64,000 bases of DNA from Bdellovibrionales bacterium (GCA_965261545.1 CBDHDF010000004.1:1-64000), one strand, 5' to 3'. Counted from the first letter of the stretch, positions 46,851 to 58,381 are shown. Notes: a model not told the origin generated them from the letters alone. A program made the numbers and translations.

Positions 46851-49781
46851 TTAAAAAATATGCTTGTATTGAACCCATCCCATACGTCCATTTCCATCAT
46901 AAAGAGAGTGGGCAATCTCTGGAGCTACGGGATTGCTGTCATCTATGGTGGGAGTTGTTCCTAGTATATTGCGCACTCCAAGAGAAATCACTCCTCCCCA
47001 AGAACCATTGTAACTGTACTGGAGATCAAGTTCTGTATAATTCTTAATATTCCCCATGAGAGCGTAGGATTTTTTATGGGAGGCAATGGTTCTTGCGACA
47101 ATGGACCCCGATTGTCGGTAGGTGGGGGCATAGGTTAAAGAGATAGTATTTCGCCAAGGGGGATGTTTAGCTGTTCTCAATTTATCTTTTGTTGTGAAGC
47201 CAGGCAATCCTGTGGTTTTCATATACAAAATATGGGAGTGTTGTATGCTTAGAAGCCAGCGTCCAAGACCTGTGTATGTTGAGAACTCAGTGGTGAAATC
47301 AATGCCACTGGCTGTTGACTCGGCAAGATTTTGAACAGGAGATTTTATAAGTTGAATGGTTCCGCTGGCTTCATCGCGAGTAATATCGATTCCAAAATTT
47401 TCTCGGAGGTGAGGGCGTCCGAGTTGAGATTCGGCGGCGGTGATGGTTTCGTAGTCAATGTCCACTTGATTTTTGAGTTCCATATACCAACCATCAAGAC
47501 TGAGAGACATATTGCTGAGGGGCTGAATGGTCGTCCCTAGATATGCTGAAAAAGATTTTTCGGCTTTGAGGTTAGGGTTACCTTGACTTTCAACAAGCCA
47601 CTGCTGAGGGCGACAGGCCACTCCACCTTCTTGTTGGCAAAGAACTTGGTCGATGAAAAAGGGCTGGCTTTGGGAACTTGTTCTATAGAGGTCGTTCATA
47701 TTGGGAGCTTTGAATCCCTTTTCCAGGGATGAGCGAAGGAGTACATAGGGGCTTAATTTCCAGTAAAGGGATGTTTTGGGGCTAAAAGCTTGGCCAAAAT
47801 CTGAGTAAGAGTCTTGCCGTCCGGCAAGGCTCCACTCTATATGAGAAGTGATGGGGGTGACGAGTTCTACATAAGCGGAGACCACATCTCTTTTTCCGGT
47901 CAGTTTATGTTCGGTTCTTCCAATGACTTCTCCTCTTTTGGAGGCTTCATCGGCATCGATATGAAAGACTTCGTTGTGGGCTTGGGTGCCAATGGCGAGT
48001 TCCACAGAGCCTGGTTTCATTTCAAAAATTTTACCTGTGGCAAGAATTTCTGTGGAAGTAAGGCTGGATTTTGAGGTGGACCAAGTTGGGTAGTTTAAAT
48101 TTTTGAGGTTCCCCCGTTGTCCCTTGGGGGCGAGGGGGTTAAAGCCATTTTTGAGTAACTCTTTAAGGTCATTGGAACGGGTGTACCCACTTATTCCCAC
48201 ATCCCTTCTTAAGCTTTGACTGTAGCTTGCAGAAATTTCAAATTCCCAATTGTCACCCATATCAAAAGTTGCACCGGTAAGGGCATTGTAGTGTTGAGTG
48301 TCTACTTCTGAAGTGCGAAGACCTAGCTCCATAAGACGATAGTGAATATCGACAAAGTCTGTGTCTTTCAATCGATCAAAAGCCTTGTTCAAACTTTGGG
48401 CTTTTCTCAAATAAACCTTAGCTTGTATTCCTGGAATGGTGAGGCCCTCTTCAGAATCTGCGGGGGAGGGAGATGATACCCACTTTGTATGGCGTTGGCT
48501 TCCATTGAGGCGAATAAAAGTGTTAAACTCTTGATTGGCTTGGAAATTAGCACTAAGTGTAGCACTGTTTTGTGAAATTTTTGGGCGCATATTCATATCG
48601 TCGGCTTTGTTGTACTGGCAGATTGTGTCGCCATTGGATGATTTGAACACTCTTTCAATAGGGCAATCGGGAGTGGTTTGCAAGCGAGAGCGAACTGCCA
48701 AGGAACCATTGGTGTTTCGATAGGGTTGCTTTTTGGAATTTAAGATTCGGAAGGAGGGAGAGGAGCCTATTGAGCTTAAATTTACCTTTGCGTGATTCCT
48801 GTGTCTTGCATAAATAGCCTGGTTGGTTCTATGGTGAATCAACCCCGTGATACTTAGTTTTGAGTTGGAATATCCCGAGGTGATACTCGCTTCAGTTTGA
48901 TTACCTCCAGTCTCTTCACTGATAAGTTGTTTGAAAGAGACTTCGCTGCCGTTCACATTTGTGCGTGTGATAATATTGACCACTCCCCCTAGTGCATCGG
49001 AGCCATAAATGGCAGAAGCACTGTCTTTGAGAATTTCTATGCGCTCCACAAATTCAAGAGGAATGAGATGGAGATCCGTGGACTGTGTTAAGGCATCTTT
49101 TTGAATTCTTTTGCCATTCATGAGAACAAGAGTTCGGTGGGCTCCCAATCCTCTTAGATTCACATGGGAGGCACCAGGGGTTTTTGTCCCCGAGGTTTCT
49201 CGCATGGACCCAAAGGAGCTAAAAGTCATGTCACGGAGGACATCGGCGATGGAGTTGTAGCCGGTTTTCTCCATGGATGGACGGTCTATGGTAATGATAG
49301 GAGGTGAGATATTGTTTCTCATGCGTTTGATGTGCGAACCTGTGACTGGCATTTCTGTCATGGACTCTCCAAGGCTTGCTTGAGTTTTTTCGATGGCACG
49401 ATTTATATCATCCTTAATATCTTTAGAGCTTTTTGTCTCTTCTGTGGTTTCTGTATTGTCAATTTCAACAATGGTTGAGGTATTTTCACCTTCTTCTTGT
49501 GGGAATTTTTTGGGGATAATTCTAAGTGTAGGATCTGTAAGAAGATCATCATCTTCGGCAATGATGGTATCGAGGTCTATTTCCTCCTCACTGTCCCTCT
49601 GAGTTTCATGGAGAGTATTCATTTTCTCTGTGCCTTTTGGGGTGGAAAGGGCTTCGTGTGTTGAAGCCCCCCAAAGGACGATGAATAGCAGAGTTCTCAG
49701 AATTATTATTTTCGAGGTTATTACTTTATAGATATATAATGTCTTATGTAATGTTTTATGGATATGTGGTTTGCTTTTCAT
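46851..49781 (-). CDS. TonB-dependent receptor
   Basis: VTGSHIKR, VNLRGLGAHRTLVLMNG, ERIEILKDSASAIYGSDALGGVVNII, terminal F. Confidence 0.93.
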   Translation of the reverse strand: MKSKPHIHKTLHKTLYIYKVITSKIIILRTLLFIVLWGASTHEALSTPKGTEKMNTLHETQRDSEEEIDLDTIIAEDDDLLTDPTLRIIPKKFPQEEGENTSTIVEIDNTETTEETKSSKDIKDDINRAIEKTQASLGESMTEMPVTGSHIKRMRNNISPPIITIDRPSMEKTGYNSIADVLRDMTFSSFGSMRETSGTKTPGASHVNLRGLGAHRTLVLMNGKRIQKDALTQSTDLHLIPLEFVERIEILKDSASAIYGSDALGGVVNIITRTNVNGSEVSFKQLISEETGGNQTEASITSGYSNSKLSITGLIHHRTNQAIYARHRNHAKVNLSSIGSSPSFRILNSKKQPYRNTNGSLAVRSRLQTTPDCPIERVFKSSNGDTICQYNKADDMNMRPKISQNSATLSANFQANQEFNTFIRLNGSQRHTKWVSSPSPADSEEGLTIPGIQAKVYLRKAQSLNKAFDRLKDTDFVDIHYRLMELGLRTSEVDTQHYNALTGATFDMGDNWEFEISASYSQSLRRDVGISGYTRSNDLKELLKNGFNPLAPKGQRGNLKNLNYPTWSTSKSSLTSTEILATGKIFEMKPGSVELAIGTQAHNEVFHIDADEASKRGEVIGRTEHKLTGKRDVVSAYVELVTPITSHIEWSLAGRQDSYSDFGQAFSPKTSLYWKLSPYVLLRSSLEKGFKAPNMNDLYRTSSQSQPFFIDQVLCQQEGGVACRPQQWLVESQGNPNLKAEKSFSAYLGTTIQPLSNMSLSLDGWYMELKNQVDIDYETITAAESQLGRPHLRENFGIDITRDEASGTIQLIKSPVQNLAESTASGIDFTTEFSTYTGLGRWLLSIQHSHILYMKTTGLPGFTTKDKLRTAKHPPWRNTISLTYAPTYRQSGSIVARTIASHKKSYALMGNIKNYTELDLQYSYNGSWGGVISLGVRNILGTTPTIDDSNPVAPEIAHSLYDGNGRMGWVQYKHIF

Positions 49782-50997
49782 TGTCTTATCTCCTGCCAGA
49801 CTTTTTGCTGGGTCTAATGAGGTGATATTTAGTCCATCTTTGGTCTATTTTTGCGAGTAAGGGTCACTTGGAGCTTGGTGAGTTCGCAATTTTTTCTTTG
49901 TTCTGTTCTTCTTTCAGTGGTCATATTACCCTCACGGCAGGCGAGAAGCTTCTCATAAGTAAAGTGAATCATAGAAATAAGCTACAGGCAAAGTTAATTC
50001 GCAGGGTCGAGTTGAATAGGAGGAAAATAGACTCTCTCGCAAAGTCTAGGAATTCAAGTTTGTACTATTTTGTGTCGACAATGACTCAGTGACATAAGTA
50101 AAGTCAAGTAGGTAGGCTTGAGTCCAGAAATTCCCGCCGAGCTTGAAAAAACATTGAAATTCCTCCAAATCTCAGTGTGAGAATTGCACTGCATCGAATA
50201 AGGTAAACCTCCCCGTCTTCGCCATTTAGAGGCGAATGTCCAGACTTTAGTTTAGGGCAAATACGTTAAACTCTTTGGGGCACTTTGAGAAAAATGGCTG
50301 CTCATGATGTGTCGAAAACATCTGAGGCAGCAATAGGCTTAATCCCATAAGCCATTATGGCGAGGAGTTCCTGCCAATTTTTAAAGTATAGGGTATGGAA
50401 ATACCCCCTCATATGATCCCATAGATAAGATGTTAGCTGACAATTAAAATGCCCCACCGTCGCCAATGAAAAGTGGCCACTTTTCAGAGGAGGACCTATG
50501 GTGATTTTTGGCATTGTCAACCGAGACGCATATAATCAATTGATATTACTCATAAAAAGGCTCCGAGCTGATAAGAACTCCTTTTGGGTTCTTGTCGACC
50601 TGGAAAGGGGCTCCGTGTTGGAGAGTCCTTCCATGACAGCCTATTCAGGTTCCATATTTCTCATTTGTAGACTGTTTCTGGATTTCAATGAGGTTAAATA
50701 TATAGTCAAGAAAAGCCTGTTTAGGCTGTGCCCATTTTCTAAAGTATTTAAATTCCACAAGATTCCAACATTTGCCTCAATTTTCATGGAATTTCTTTTT
50801 GAAGACAGGCTTCCCTTAAAGCCGTCGCCAATTAAAATGTCCCACTTTCAATATGGAGGTTGTCGCCAATGAAAAGTGACCAATCTTCAGGGAGTGTTCA
50901 AATACTAGACAATGAAGTCTCTTCTTCTGATATAGATACTAAGCTCACAGAGTCCCTCCCTTTTGCAACTCAAAAGGTTAGCAATGAGGAGGATCTT

Positions 50998-52464
50998 ATG
51001 ATTAGTCAATACACTTTCGGCCGCATTCGTGACCTGAGTCACAGTGGTAAAAATAAGACAGAAATATCTCGTGAATTAGGGATCAATCGTAAGACGGTGC
51101 GCAAGTACTGTAAGTCCAACACCCCACCGAAGTACAAGGCGAGGTCCAAAAGAACTCGCCCAGATCCCCTTAATGGATATATGGATCGGGTGAAGTACTT
51201 TTTGAAGTTGAACCCAAGTAACACCGCCCGTGAAATATATGAGCTATTAGTTGAGGAGGGTTATCGTGGGAGTGAGAGAACGGTTCAGAGAAGAGTTTGT
51301 GAGATTCTTGGTTCTCGCCCCAAGGAGCGTTTTTTCAGCCAAAGATATGATCCTGGAGAACAGGCTCAGTTTGATTTTAAGGAGAAGGTTGCTTTACCAT
51401 TTGCCGATGGTGTTCAGATCGTTCATCTCCATTTTGGAACATTGCCTTGTAGTGGCACCTGTTGGGTTCGTGCCTACCCCTTTCTTGTCTATGAGTGTTT
51501 CATCGATGGGGTGCATGCTTTTTTTGAAAAGATAGGTGGGATGAGTGCGAACATCCGTATTGATAATTTATCTCCCTGTGTGAAGAAAGTTCTTAAAGGA
51601 AATCAGCGAATTTACACCCAATCTTTTGATCGAGCCATCCAATACTATGGATTTAAGGTTCTTCCCTGCCGCGCAGGGAAGGGCTCTGACAAGGGAGATG
51701 TGGAGCGTGATATTCGAACCTTCAGTTCTCGGATAAAAAATATTGTTAGAAACAAAGGAATTGTTTTTAAAGACTGGGATCATTTGAATCAGTTTTTAGA
51801 GTCTTATATGGATCAGCATCAGAGTGACTCCACCAAATCTCGCTTTGAGGAGGAGGCCAAAGTTCTTAAGCCTTTGCCTCCACGAGATGAAGATATTCTC
51901 TGTAAGGTGAATATTTGTCAAAGTAATGGTTATGGGACTTTGAGAATAGGTAAAACCACATATTCCATACCTGATGAGGTGATCCAATCTCCCTGTAAAA
52001 CCGTACAGGGTCCCTATCATGTCACGATCTATCGTGCAGGAGGGAAGCAAGAAATTGTCGCTCGCCATCAAAGAAAACCTGATGGGGAGCATAGTCTTCT
52101 TCTTGAACATATCCTTCCTTCTTTAGTTCGTAAGCCGCAAGCCATGGTAAGATGGGCTCACCGATCCATTCTTTTTCCAACAAATGTGTTTGAAAATTTT
52201 TATCAATACCTCAAGCAACAAGATTCAAGCCGTGCCGAGCATGAATATTTAAGAGTTATCAACTTGATTCAGCATGTGAGTTGGCAGGACTTATCTACAG
52301 CCATGGAGCTTCAATTAGAAAGTCGTGAGATTTTCGACTTTAAATCCATAAAAGATTTGCTCTTAGGAAATCCCACCAAAATTAATTTGAATGACCAACA
52401 AAAACCACTTCAACCTAGATTGTCTCAATATGACAGTCTTGTTCCAAACATAGGAGGTTCTTAA
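50998..52464 (+). CDS. istA: IstA transposase
   Basis: HTH EISRELGINRKTVRKY, PGEQAQFDF, DKGDVER; GAGGAGG RBS before 50998. Confidence 0.93.
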   Translation: MISQYTFGRIRDLSHSGKNKTEISRELGINRKTVRKYCKSNTPPKYKARSKRTRPDPLNGYMDRVKYFLKLNPSNTAREIYELLVEEGYRGSERTVQRRVCEILGSRPKERFFSQRYDPGEQAQFDFKEKVALPFADGVQIVHLHFGTLPCSGTCWVRAYPFLVYECFIDGVHAFFEKIGGMSANIRIDNLSPCVKKVLKGNQRIYTQSFDRAIQYYGFKVLPCRAGKGSDKGDVERDIRTFSSRIKNIVRNKGIVFKDWDHLNQFLESYMDQHQSDSTKSRFEEEAKVLKPLPPRDEDILCKVNICQSNGYGTLRIGKTTYSIPDEVIQSPCKTVQGPYHVTIYRAGGKQEIVARHQRKPDGEHSLLLEHILPSLVRKPQAMVRWAHRSILFPTNVFENFYQYLKQQDSSRAEHEYLRVINLIQHVSWQDLSTAMELQLESREIFDFKSIKDLLLGNPTKINLNDQQKPLQPRLSQYDSLVPNIGGS

Positions 52465-53246
52465 TGAATCACGAAGAACTTATAGGTTCTCTTAAAAAAC
52501 TCCGACTTCCAGCGATGGCGGATGAATATGTTGCAACGGCTAGAGTTGCCGAAAAAACAAAAAAGACGTATGAACAGTATTTAGGTATACTCGTTCAAAA
52601 TGAGCTTGCTGACAAGCATTCCCAGAGAGTGAAAAGATTGCTTAAGGGGGCCAAGCTTCCTCAACTTAAATCACTCCAAACTTATAACTTCCAGAAAAGA
52701 ACGGGAGTGACAGCTCAGCAAATTAATTGGATGGCAGAGGGAGAGTGGGTCAGAAAAGCCTGTAATGTTGTGTTTTACGGAAGCTTTGGAATGGGGAAAA
52801 GTCATTTGGCCATGTCCCTAGTTCGTTCACTCTGTGAACAAGGCTATCGATGTTTATGGGTCACCACTCATGAACTTATTGAAACAATGCGTGAAAGCAA
52901 GAAAGAACTCTCATTGAATGCTCTTTTTAAGAAATTAGACCGTTTTGATCTTATTGCTTGTGATGAACTTGGCTATACAGCTTCCTGCACAGAGGGGGCA
53001 GATCTTTTCTTTCAATTCATATCTCAGCGATATGAAAGGAAAAGTCTCATGATCACTACAAACTTAACATACTCTGAATGGGATAAGGTGTTTCTTAACC
53101 CTATTACCACCGCTGCTGCTGTTGATCGAATCATTCACAACTGTGAAACCCTCAACATTGAAGGAAAAGAAAGTTGGAGAACCGAATCGGCAAAAGCCAA
53201 GTCTAAACAGAGCAAAGAGGAAAGTTCAACCAAAGAAGTTCATTAG
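52464..53246 (+). CDS. istB: IstB ATPase
   Basis: GSFGMGKSH, DELGY, TTNL, DRIIH. Confidence 0.94.
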   Translation: MNHEELIGSLKKLRLPAMADEYVATARVAEKTKKTYEQYLGILVQNELADKHSQRVKRLLKGAKLPQLKSLQTYNFQKRTGVTAQQINWMAEGEWVRKACNVVFYGSFGMGKSHLAMSLVRSLCEQGYRCLWVTTHELIETMRESKKELSLNALFKKLDRFDLIACDELGYTASCTEGADLFFQFISQRYERKSLMITTNLTYSEWDKVFLNPITTAAAVDRIIHNCETLNIEGKESWRTESAKAKSKQSKEESSTKEVH

Positions 53247-55828
53247 AGATCCCCACTTTTGGGGAAGGAACTCGCCAGTTATCCACAAAATTTATCCACA
53301 GCAGCACTGCGTTGCTAGACATCGGGGTCACAGCCGCAGTGTCGCCATGGATAAATTTATGGATAACTGGCTTTTACCGTACTATTTGCTCGTCACTCTC
53401 GCGGAGCTTTAGACATTAGCTGCGCCAAGGAATCCTGAAAAATACTCCATTTACCTCTGCCATAGGGCTGAAGGATGCATTTGGGGTCATGCCAAAAGTG
53501 GTGGGCAGAAAATCATTCCTCAGAATCTTGTGGCATAGTCCGAGTTAAATGATGAGCAAAATAAAGACACTTGACTAAACTCTGAACGAAGAATAACTAA
53601 ATCAGTACATCATCAACTGGCCGTTTTTCATTGGCGACGGCTTCTAAAAATGGCCAATTTTAATTGGCGCCTAACATAAGATAGTCTCCTCTCTTTTTCT
53701 ACCGCCTTTTGAAACAATTTACAGGCCAAATGTTGAAGTTGGTCCACTAAAAATACCAGCATCATAATCACGGCTAAATTGTTACACAAATTTTGCTTGC
53801 CGTGGCCAAAATTGTGCTCAAAGTTGTAACCCAAATTCTTTAACGTATTAAATGTTTCATTTTCTATCTTCCAGCGTGCTCTTCCCCCCCTCATTATTTG
53901 CATTATGTTGTCTTCGTTGATCTCAATGTCAGTCACCCAGCTAAAGTGCTGAACCTTACCGTTTGCTTTCGTTTCTTTGTATTCAATAAAATTCACTCGA
54001 CAATCAGGATTTGAATCATTGAGTGAAACATCATTTATGAATCGAAATTCATGTGTCACTCCATTCTCTACCACGGTGAAGTGAGAAACTGTTCCTAAGC
54101 TATCTGCTCCATTTACAAACTCAAATAAAACTTTGTGGTCCCCCATCTTACAGCCTAAAATATAACTTAATTTTAATTCGTTAAGAAGAGTGATGTGAGG
54201 AGCATTGGAAGCCAATCCATCCTCAATAACAATCACTGGAAGGTGAGGGTGTTCCCTGCGAAAATCTTCAAGGAGTCGTTTGGCTGCATTACGCTCACAA
54301 TCATTTTTGCTCGATCCATCTGTGTTTGAAATGGGCTCTGGAGCAATAGGTATAACCTGTTTCTTATCGGGGTGAACAATCACTCCTGCTAACATTTGAT
54401 GATAGTAGGTCTTCGTCTCATCACGATGATTCTTTATACAACAATTCTCACAATGAATAGTCGAGGAGCTAAAGGCACCTGTTCCATCAATGCTGAGAAG
54501 ATATTTTCCACCCAAATATGGGTAACCCTCCAAAACCTTCCCTCTTTGAGCTACGGTAAACAAAGATTTAAAAAAATTTTGAAACTCACGGGTTGGAACA
54601 GGATCTAAAATCTCTCGCATAGCCGTATCACTAGGAATTTGGCCTATTTGAAACAAATGGTGTAGGTTGTTTTTTGCCACTGGGTCATGGACACGATCAC
54701 AAAACTGAAGCATGGATGGATCTTTCAAGGCAAACATTGCCACAGATGACATAATGGCATCGCTCAGAGGAATCCTATGGGGACGCTGCGATCTTATATC
54801 TGGAACTGCAAGAGATTTACTGTGTAGCAGGGAATACATTCCTGAAGCGGATAGACCTTTTCTAAAATGTTGATGCGACATGACGAACCCTCCTTGGTCT
54901 GATGTGCAACAACAAATATTCAAACAGATACTTAGGCAAAAGTCTACGAACTCTTTTTGAGGCGAATCTTTTGGAAGCCACTACTGTGGCCTAAACTATT
55001 TTTCGACGGGAATTGCTGGCTTGAGTCAATGAGACTAAGGTTGATTCAGATAGTGGGTGAGTTTATGGCTTCAAGTCAATGGCTAAAGAGGGCAAGAGTT
55101 AAGTAAAGTGCCGCCAAAGCAAAAAATGAAAGGAGATCAAAAAATGAAAGGAATGAAACCCATGAGGTCCATGAGACCTTTATTGCTTTTGTGGTTATTG
55201 TCACTGTTGATGGTTCTGCCTTCATGTGCCTTTTTGAGCAAAGAGAGTCGAATGAACAAAGAGGGCAAAGTGAGCCGAGAGAGTCAAGACAAAGGTCTGA
55301 ATCAGAATCAGAATCATACAAATCCATCAGGGGACTCTGCACCTCTATCTACATTACATCATCTACACCAGAAGACCGTACCGCTTCCTACAAGGCTGTG
55401 GTTCGTTCGTAAGCATGAAGAAAAGATGAGGCGAATCACCCTAAAATCAGGAGGCCGACTCCAGTTACCCCATGGATCTGGCTTCCAAGGTCATTATAGT
55501 TCCCATGGCGGCCATGGTTCCCACAGTGGACCTCGTGGATCTCGTTCTCATGGTACGAAAAGAGGTGATAATGATAAGGGTGACAAAAGAAGGCCCTCTT
55601 CTGTGAATCTTGTAGGCCCCGATGGTGATGTGATTTTATTTTATAAAGAAAAAAGCCAACAAGGTGAAGATAAGATTGTGATCCAAGAGTGTGAAGTGGG
55701 TTCTGTTATAGATGAGGTGAGTGATTGCCAGCGGCCCCATGGTGCACTTATAAGAATAATCCCTGTGAGTGACTTTAAGCGTCGCCTTCAATCCGTGCTA
55801 AGAGTTGATGAGCTTCCTACCCTAGGCC

Positions 55829-57239
55829 CAATGCCGTTTCCTTAAGAAAAATCTCTTGAAATCATTAGATAAATCGACAAGAATAAGACTTGTTTTATTT
55901 TACACCCAACCCTCAACCAAGGAGTAAGTCACATGCAATCCAATATTGATCTCGAAAGCCCCCAAATGACGAGTTCGCGTCACAGATGACCATTTTATTC
56001 TACCAAAACTTGATTCTTCCTTCAAGCCAGAGCACCTTGTCGATCCAGAAAAACAAAAAAGGAATCGAAAATTTAATCCTCAAATTTTCTTTTTTACCAT
56101 TATCTATCTTATTTCAGGAACAAATTACGAAGGCTACCAAATCGCTCTTAAGACGGTATGGACTCATTTTGGTGACCTGCTTCTCATGCCAGTCAAAAGC
56201 AGTCTCAGCAAGATACGTCAAAGTATTTCTTACCTATTTTTCAAAGATATCTTTGAATCTCTGATTACAGACTACGAACCATTGAGAAAAACGTTTCATG
56301 GTTTTTATATCTATGCCATAGATGGCGACCAATTAGCACTTCCTCGCTCTAAAGATCTTTTAAAGGAGGGTTATTGTGGGTACCCTTGCCCAAATGAGAT
56401 GGAAACTCATTTCTTACGTATGTATCTATCTCATGCTTATGACGTTTTATCGGGTGTGACAAAGAATCTTTGCTATTCTCCCGCTCTCAACGAAATCGCC
56501 AATGCTATTCAAATGATAGGTAGTTTTGAGAGTAATAGCATAACTCTCTACGATAGGCTTTATTTATCTACAGAGATTATTAAGGCCCATGCTCAAGCCA
56601 GTAACTTCTTTATTGCGCGTTGTAAGCGAGGCTCTACTTTTATCCCCATCGTAAATTTATTTAATGGCCCAGGTTGGTATTCACAAATGGTTATTGAGGG
56701 GGTGGTCATTCATCTCTATAAGTATAAAAACCCAAAGACTGGGGAGTTCTCTGTTTTGGCCACTAATCTTCCGCATGGCTCCTTGGACAAGAAGGATATG
56801 GTTGCTCTTTACTCTCGTCGTTGGGAAATAGAAACGACATTTCGTGATTTTACATCGACAATGAAAATGGAGCAGTGGCACTCAACAAGCCTTAATGGAA
56901 TATTGCAAGAGCTGTATTCTTATTTTTGGCTCTTCAATTATACAAAGATTCAAATGAGCATAAATGAGGATGAAGACAGTGTGAATCAGTTGGTGAAAAA
57001 TGACTACAAAAAACCTAACTTTAAACTGATTCTTGATTTCATAATGGATAGCATCCCTCTTTTTGTTGCGGGGCTCTATCAGAAATTTAGGAAGCAGATA
57101 AAGTTGCTGATGAAGATTTCAATGGAGAAGAGGAGGCACTTCAAAAGAAGCTATGAAAGGTCTATCAAAAGGGCTGGGAGTTCTTTTAAAAGAAATAGCT
57201 TAACGCAGAGGGGTGTGGTGGCTTAAGGAAACGGCATTG
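55829..57239 (+). mobile_element. IS4-family element #2 (1411 bp)
   Basis: Perfect 18-bp IRs CAATGCCGTTTCCTTAAG. 10-bp TSD ACCCTAGGCC at 55819-55828 and 57240-57249. Confidence 0.94.
56186..57226 (+). CDS. IS4-family transposase (frame open from 55970; true start unclear)
   Basis: AIDGD, YDRLY, YSRRWEIETTFRD. Confidence 0.88.
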   Translation: MPVKSSLSKIRQSISYLFFKDIFESLITDYEPLRKTFHGFYIYAIDGDQLALPRSKDLLKEGYCGYPCPNEMETHFLRMYLSHAYDVLSGVTKNLCYSPALNEIANAIQMIGSFESNSITLYDRLYLSTEIIKAHAQASNFFIARCKRGSTFIPIVNLFNGPGWYSQMVIEGVVIHLYKYKNPKTGEFSVLATNLPHGSLDKKDMVALYSRRWEIETTFRDFTSTMKMEQWHSTSLNGILQELYSYFWLFNYTKIQMSINEDEDSVNQLVKNDYKKPNFKLILDFIMDSIPLFVAGLYQKFRKQIKLLMKISMEKRRHFKRSYERSIKRAGSSFKRNSLTQRGVVA

Positions 57240-58256
57240 ACCCTAGGCCCCAAAGAGGCTCGGCAGGTCAAAGCCTATAAAGAGGGCGGGGAAGCTCCCC
57301 GTTTCCATGACCTCGTTCGACAAAGAGATGAGGCCCAGGAAAAGGTCTCAGGCATAGAAAAGTTCATAGACGCCTATGGAGAAGAAAATGCAGGATCTCT
57401 TATAAAAAAATTAGCTGCCTTAAGAAAAAACCTTGAAGAACTTGACTCAAAAATTGACAGCAGGCAGGAGTTCGCTTCTGCCGTGAGTGCTCTGAACGGA
57501 GTCATTGAGAGCTTAGTGGATGAAGTGATAGGAAGCCCTCGGATGAACACTCGTCTTTATTCAAAAGACAAAACAGGTATTGAATACAGTGTTTTGAGAG
57601 CCTATGTGAGACCAACATTGTCTCATGGTTTTGTCCCCGTGTCTGCAGGTTCTTTCATCATGGGGAGTCCTAATACTGAAAAAGGTCGAGATTCGGATGA
57701 GACCCCTCATGAAGTAACAATTTCTAAGCCCTTTGAAATAGGCACCACAGAGGTGACTCAATGGCAGTGGTTTGTTGTGATGGGGACAAATCCTTCAAAA
57801 TTCCAAGAAAAAGAGTATTGCCCAGAAAGTTATATGGAACAAGATGGAGTTTCAATGTGTGCCGATCATCCTGTGGAGAGAGTGTCTTGGGAGGACGTCC
57901 AAGAATTTATAAGGGAGTACAATCGTAGGGCAAAAGAGACCCACGGCAACGAATATGAATACCGTTTGCCTACGGAAGCGGAGTGGGAATTTGCAGCCAG
58001 GGGTGGTGCAAAAGCAGGCACAAAAACAGCCTATTCCTTTGGTGACAATCCTTCAGAACTTAAAAACTATGGTTGGCATCAGGGGAACTCTCGATCTCGA
58101 TTTGGCAAACAAAGCCGACAATCAAGGTCCGTGGGATTGCTGAGCCCCAATCCCCTAGGGCTTTATGATGTTCATGGAAATGTGTGGGAATGGGTCGAAG
58201 ACTGGTATAAGAGGAAATATCCTGAAGGTCCTGTCACAGACCCTAGAGGTCCGAAA

Positions 58257-58381
58257 AATGGCTCTTACCGTATTGTACGTGGTGGCGGTTGGAACGGCTA
58301 CGCTCGCTCCCTGCGCTCTTCCAATCGTGGCTACGATCGGCCTGGTAATCGCTGGAACGTTATCGGTTTCCGCCTTGTGAG
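58257..58381 (+). repeat. DGR variable repeat VR2
   Basis: 125-bp ungapped match to the TR with 14 mismatches, all at TR adenines. Confidence 0.97.

Larger units (their letters stand above)
50431..53676 (+). mobile_element. IS21-family element #2, apparently intact
   Basis: Ends TGTTAG..CAATTAAAAT on both sides. TSD TAAGA at 50426-50430 and 53677-53681. Internal GTCGCCAAT repeats at 50459, 50824 and 50862. Confidence 0.93.
50302..54881 (-). pseudogene. DDE transposase split by IS21 (pieces 53677-54881 and 50302-50425)
   Basis: SIDGTG and GGRARWKIENETFNTLK; rejoins as ..RRLSY|LWDHMRG.. Confidence 0.88.
50125..55018 (-). mobile_element. ISNCY-like (ISDol1-type) element carrying a nested IS21
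   Basis: IRs CAGAAATTCCCG and CAGCAATTCCCG (rc). 9-bp TSD GCTTGAGTC at 50116-50124 and 55019-55027. The empty site is visible in the left copy near 8075. Confidence 0.88.

Noticed and set aside
50498..50872. Passenger gene in IS21 #2
   Set aside because: No motif or clear RBS; lies among the element's subterminal repeats.
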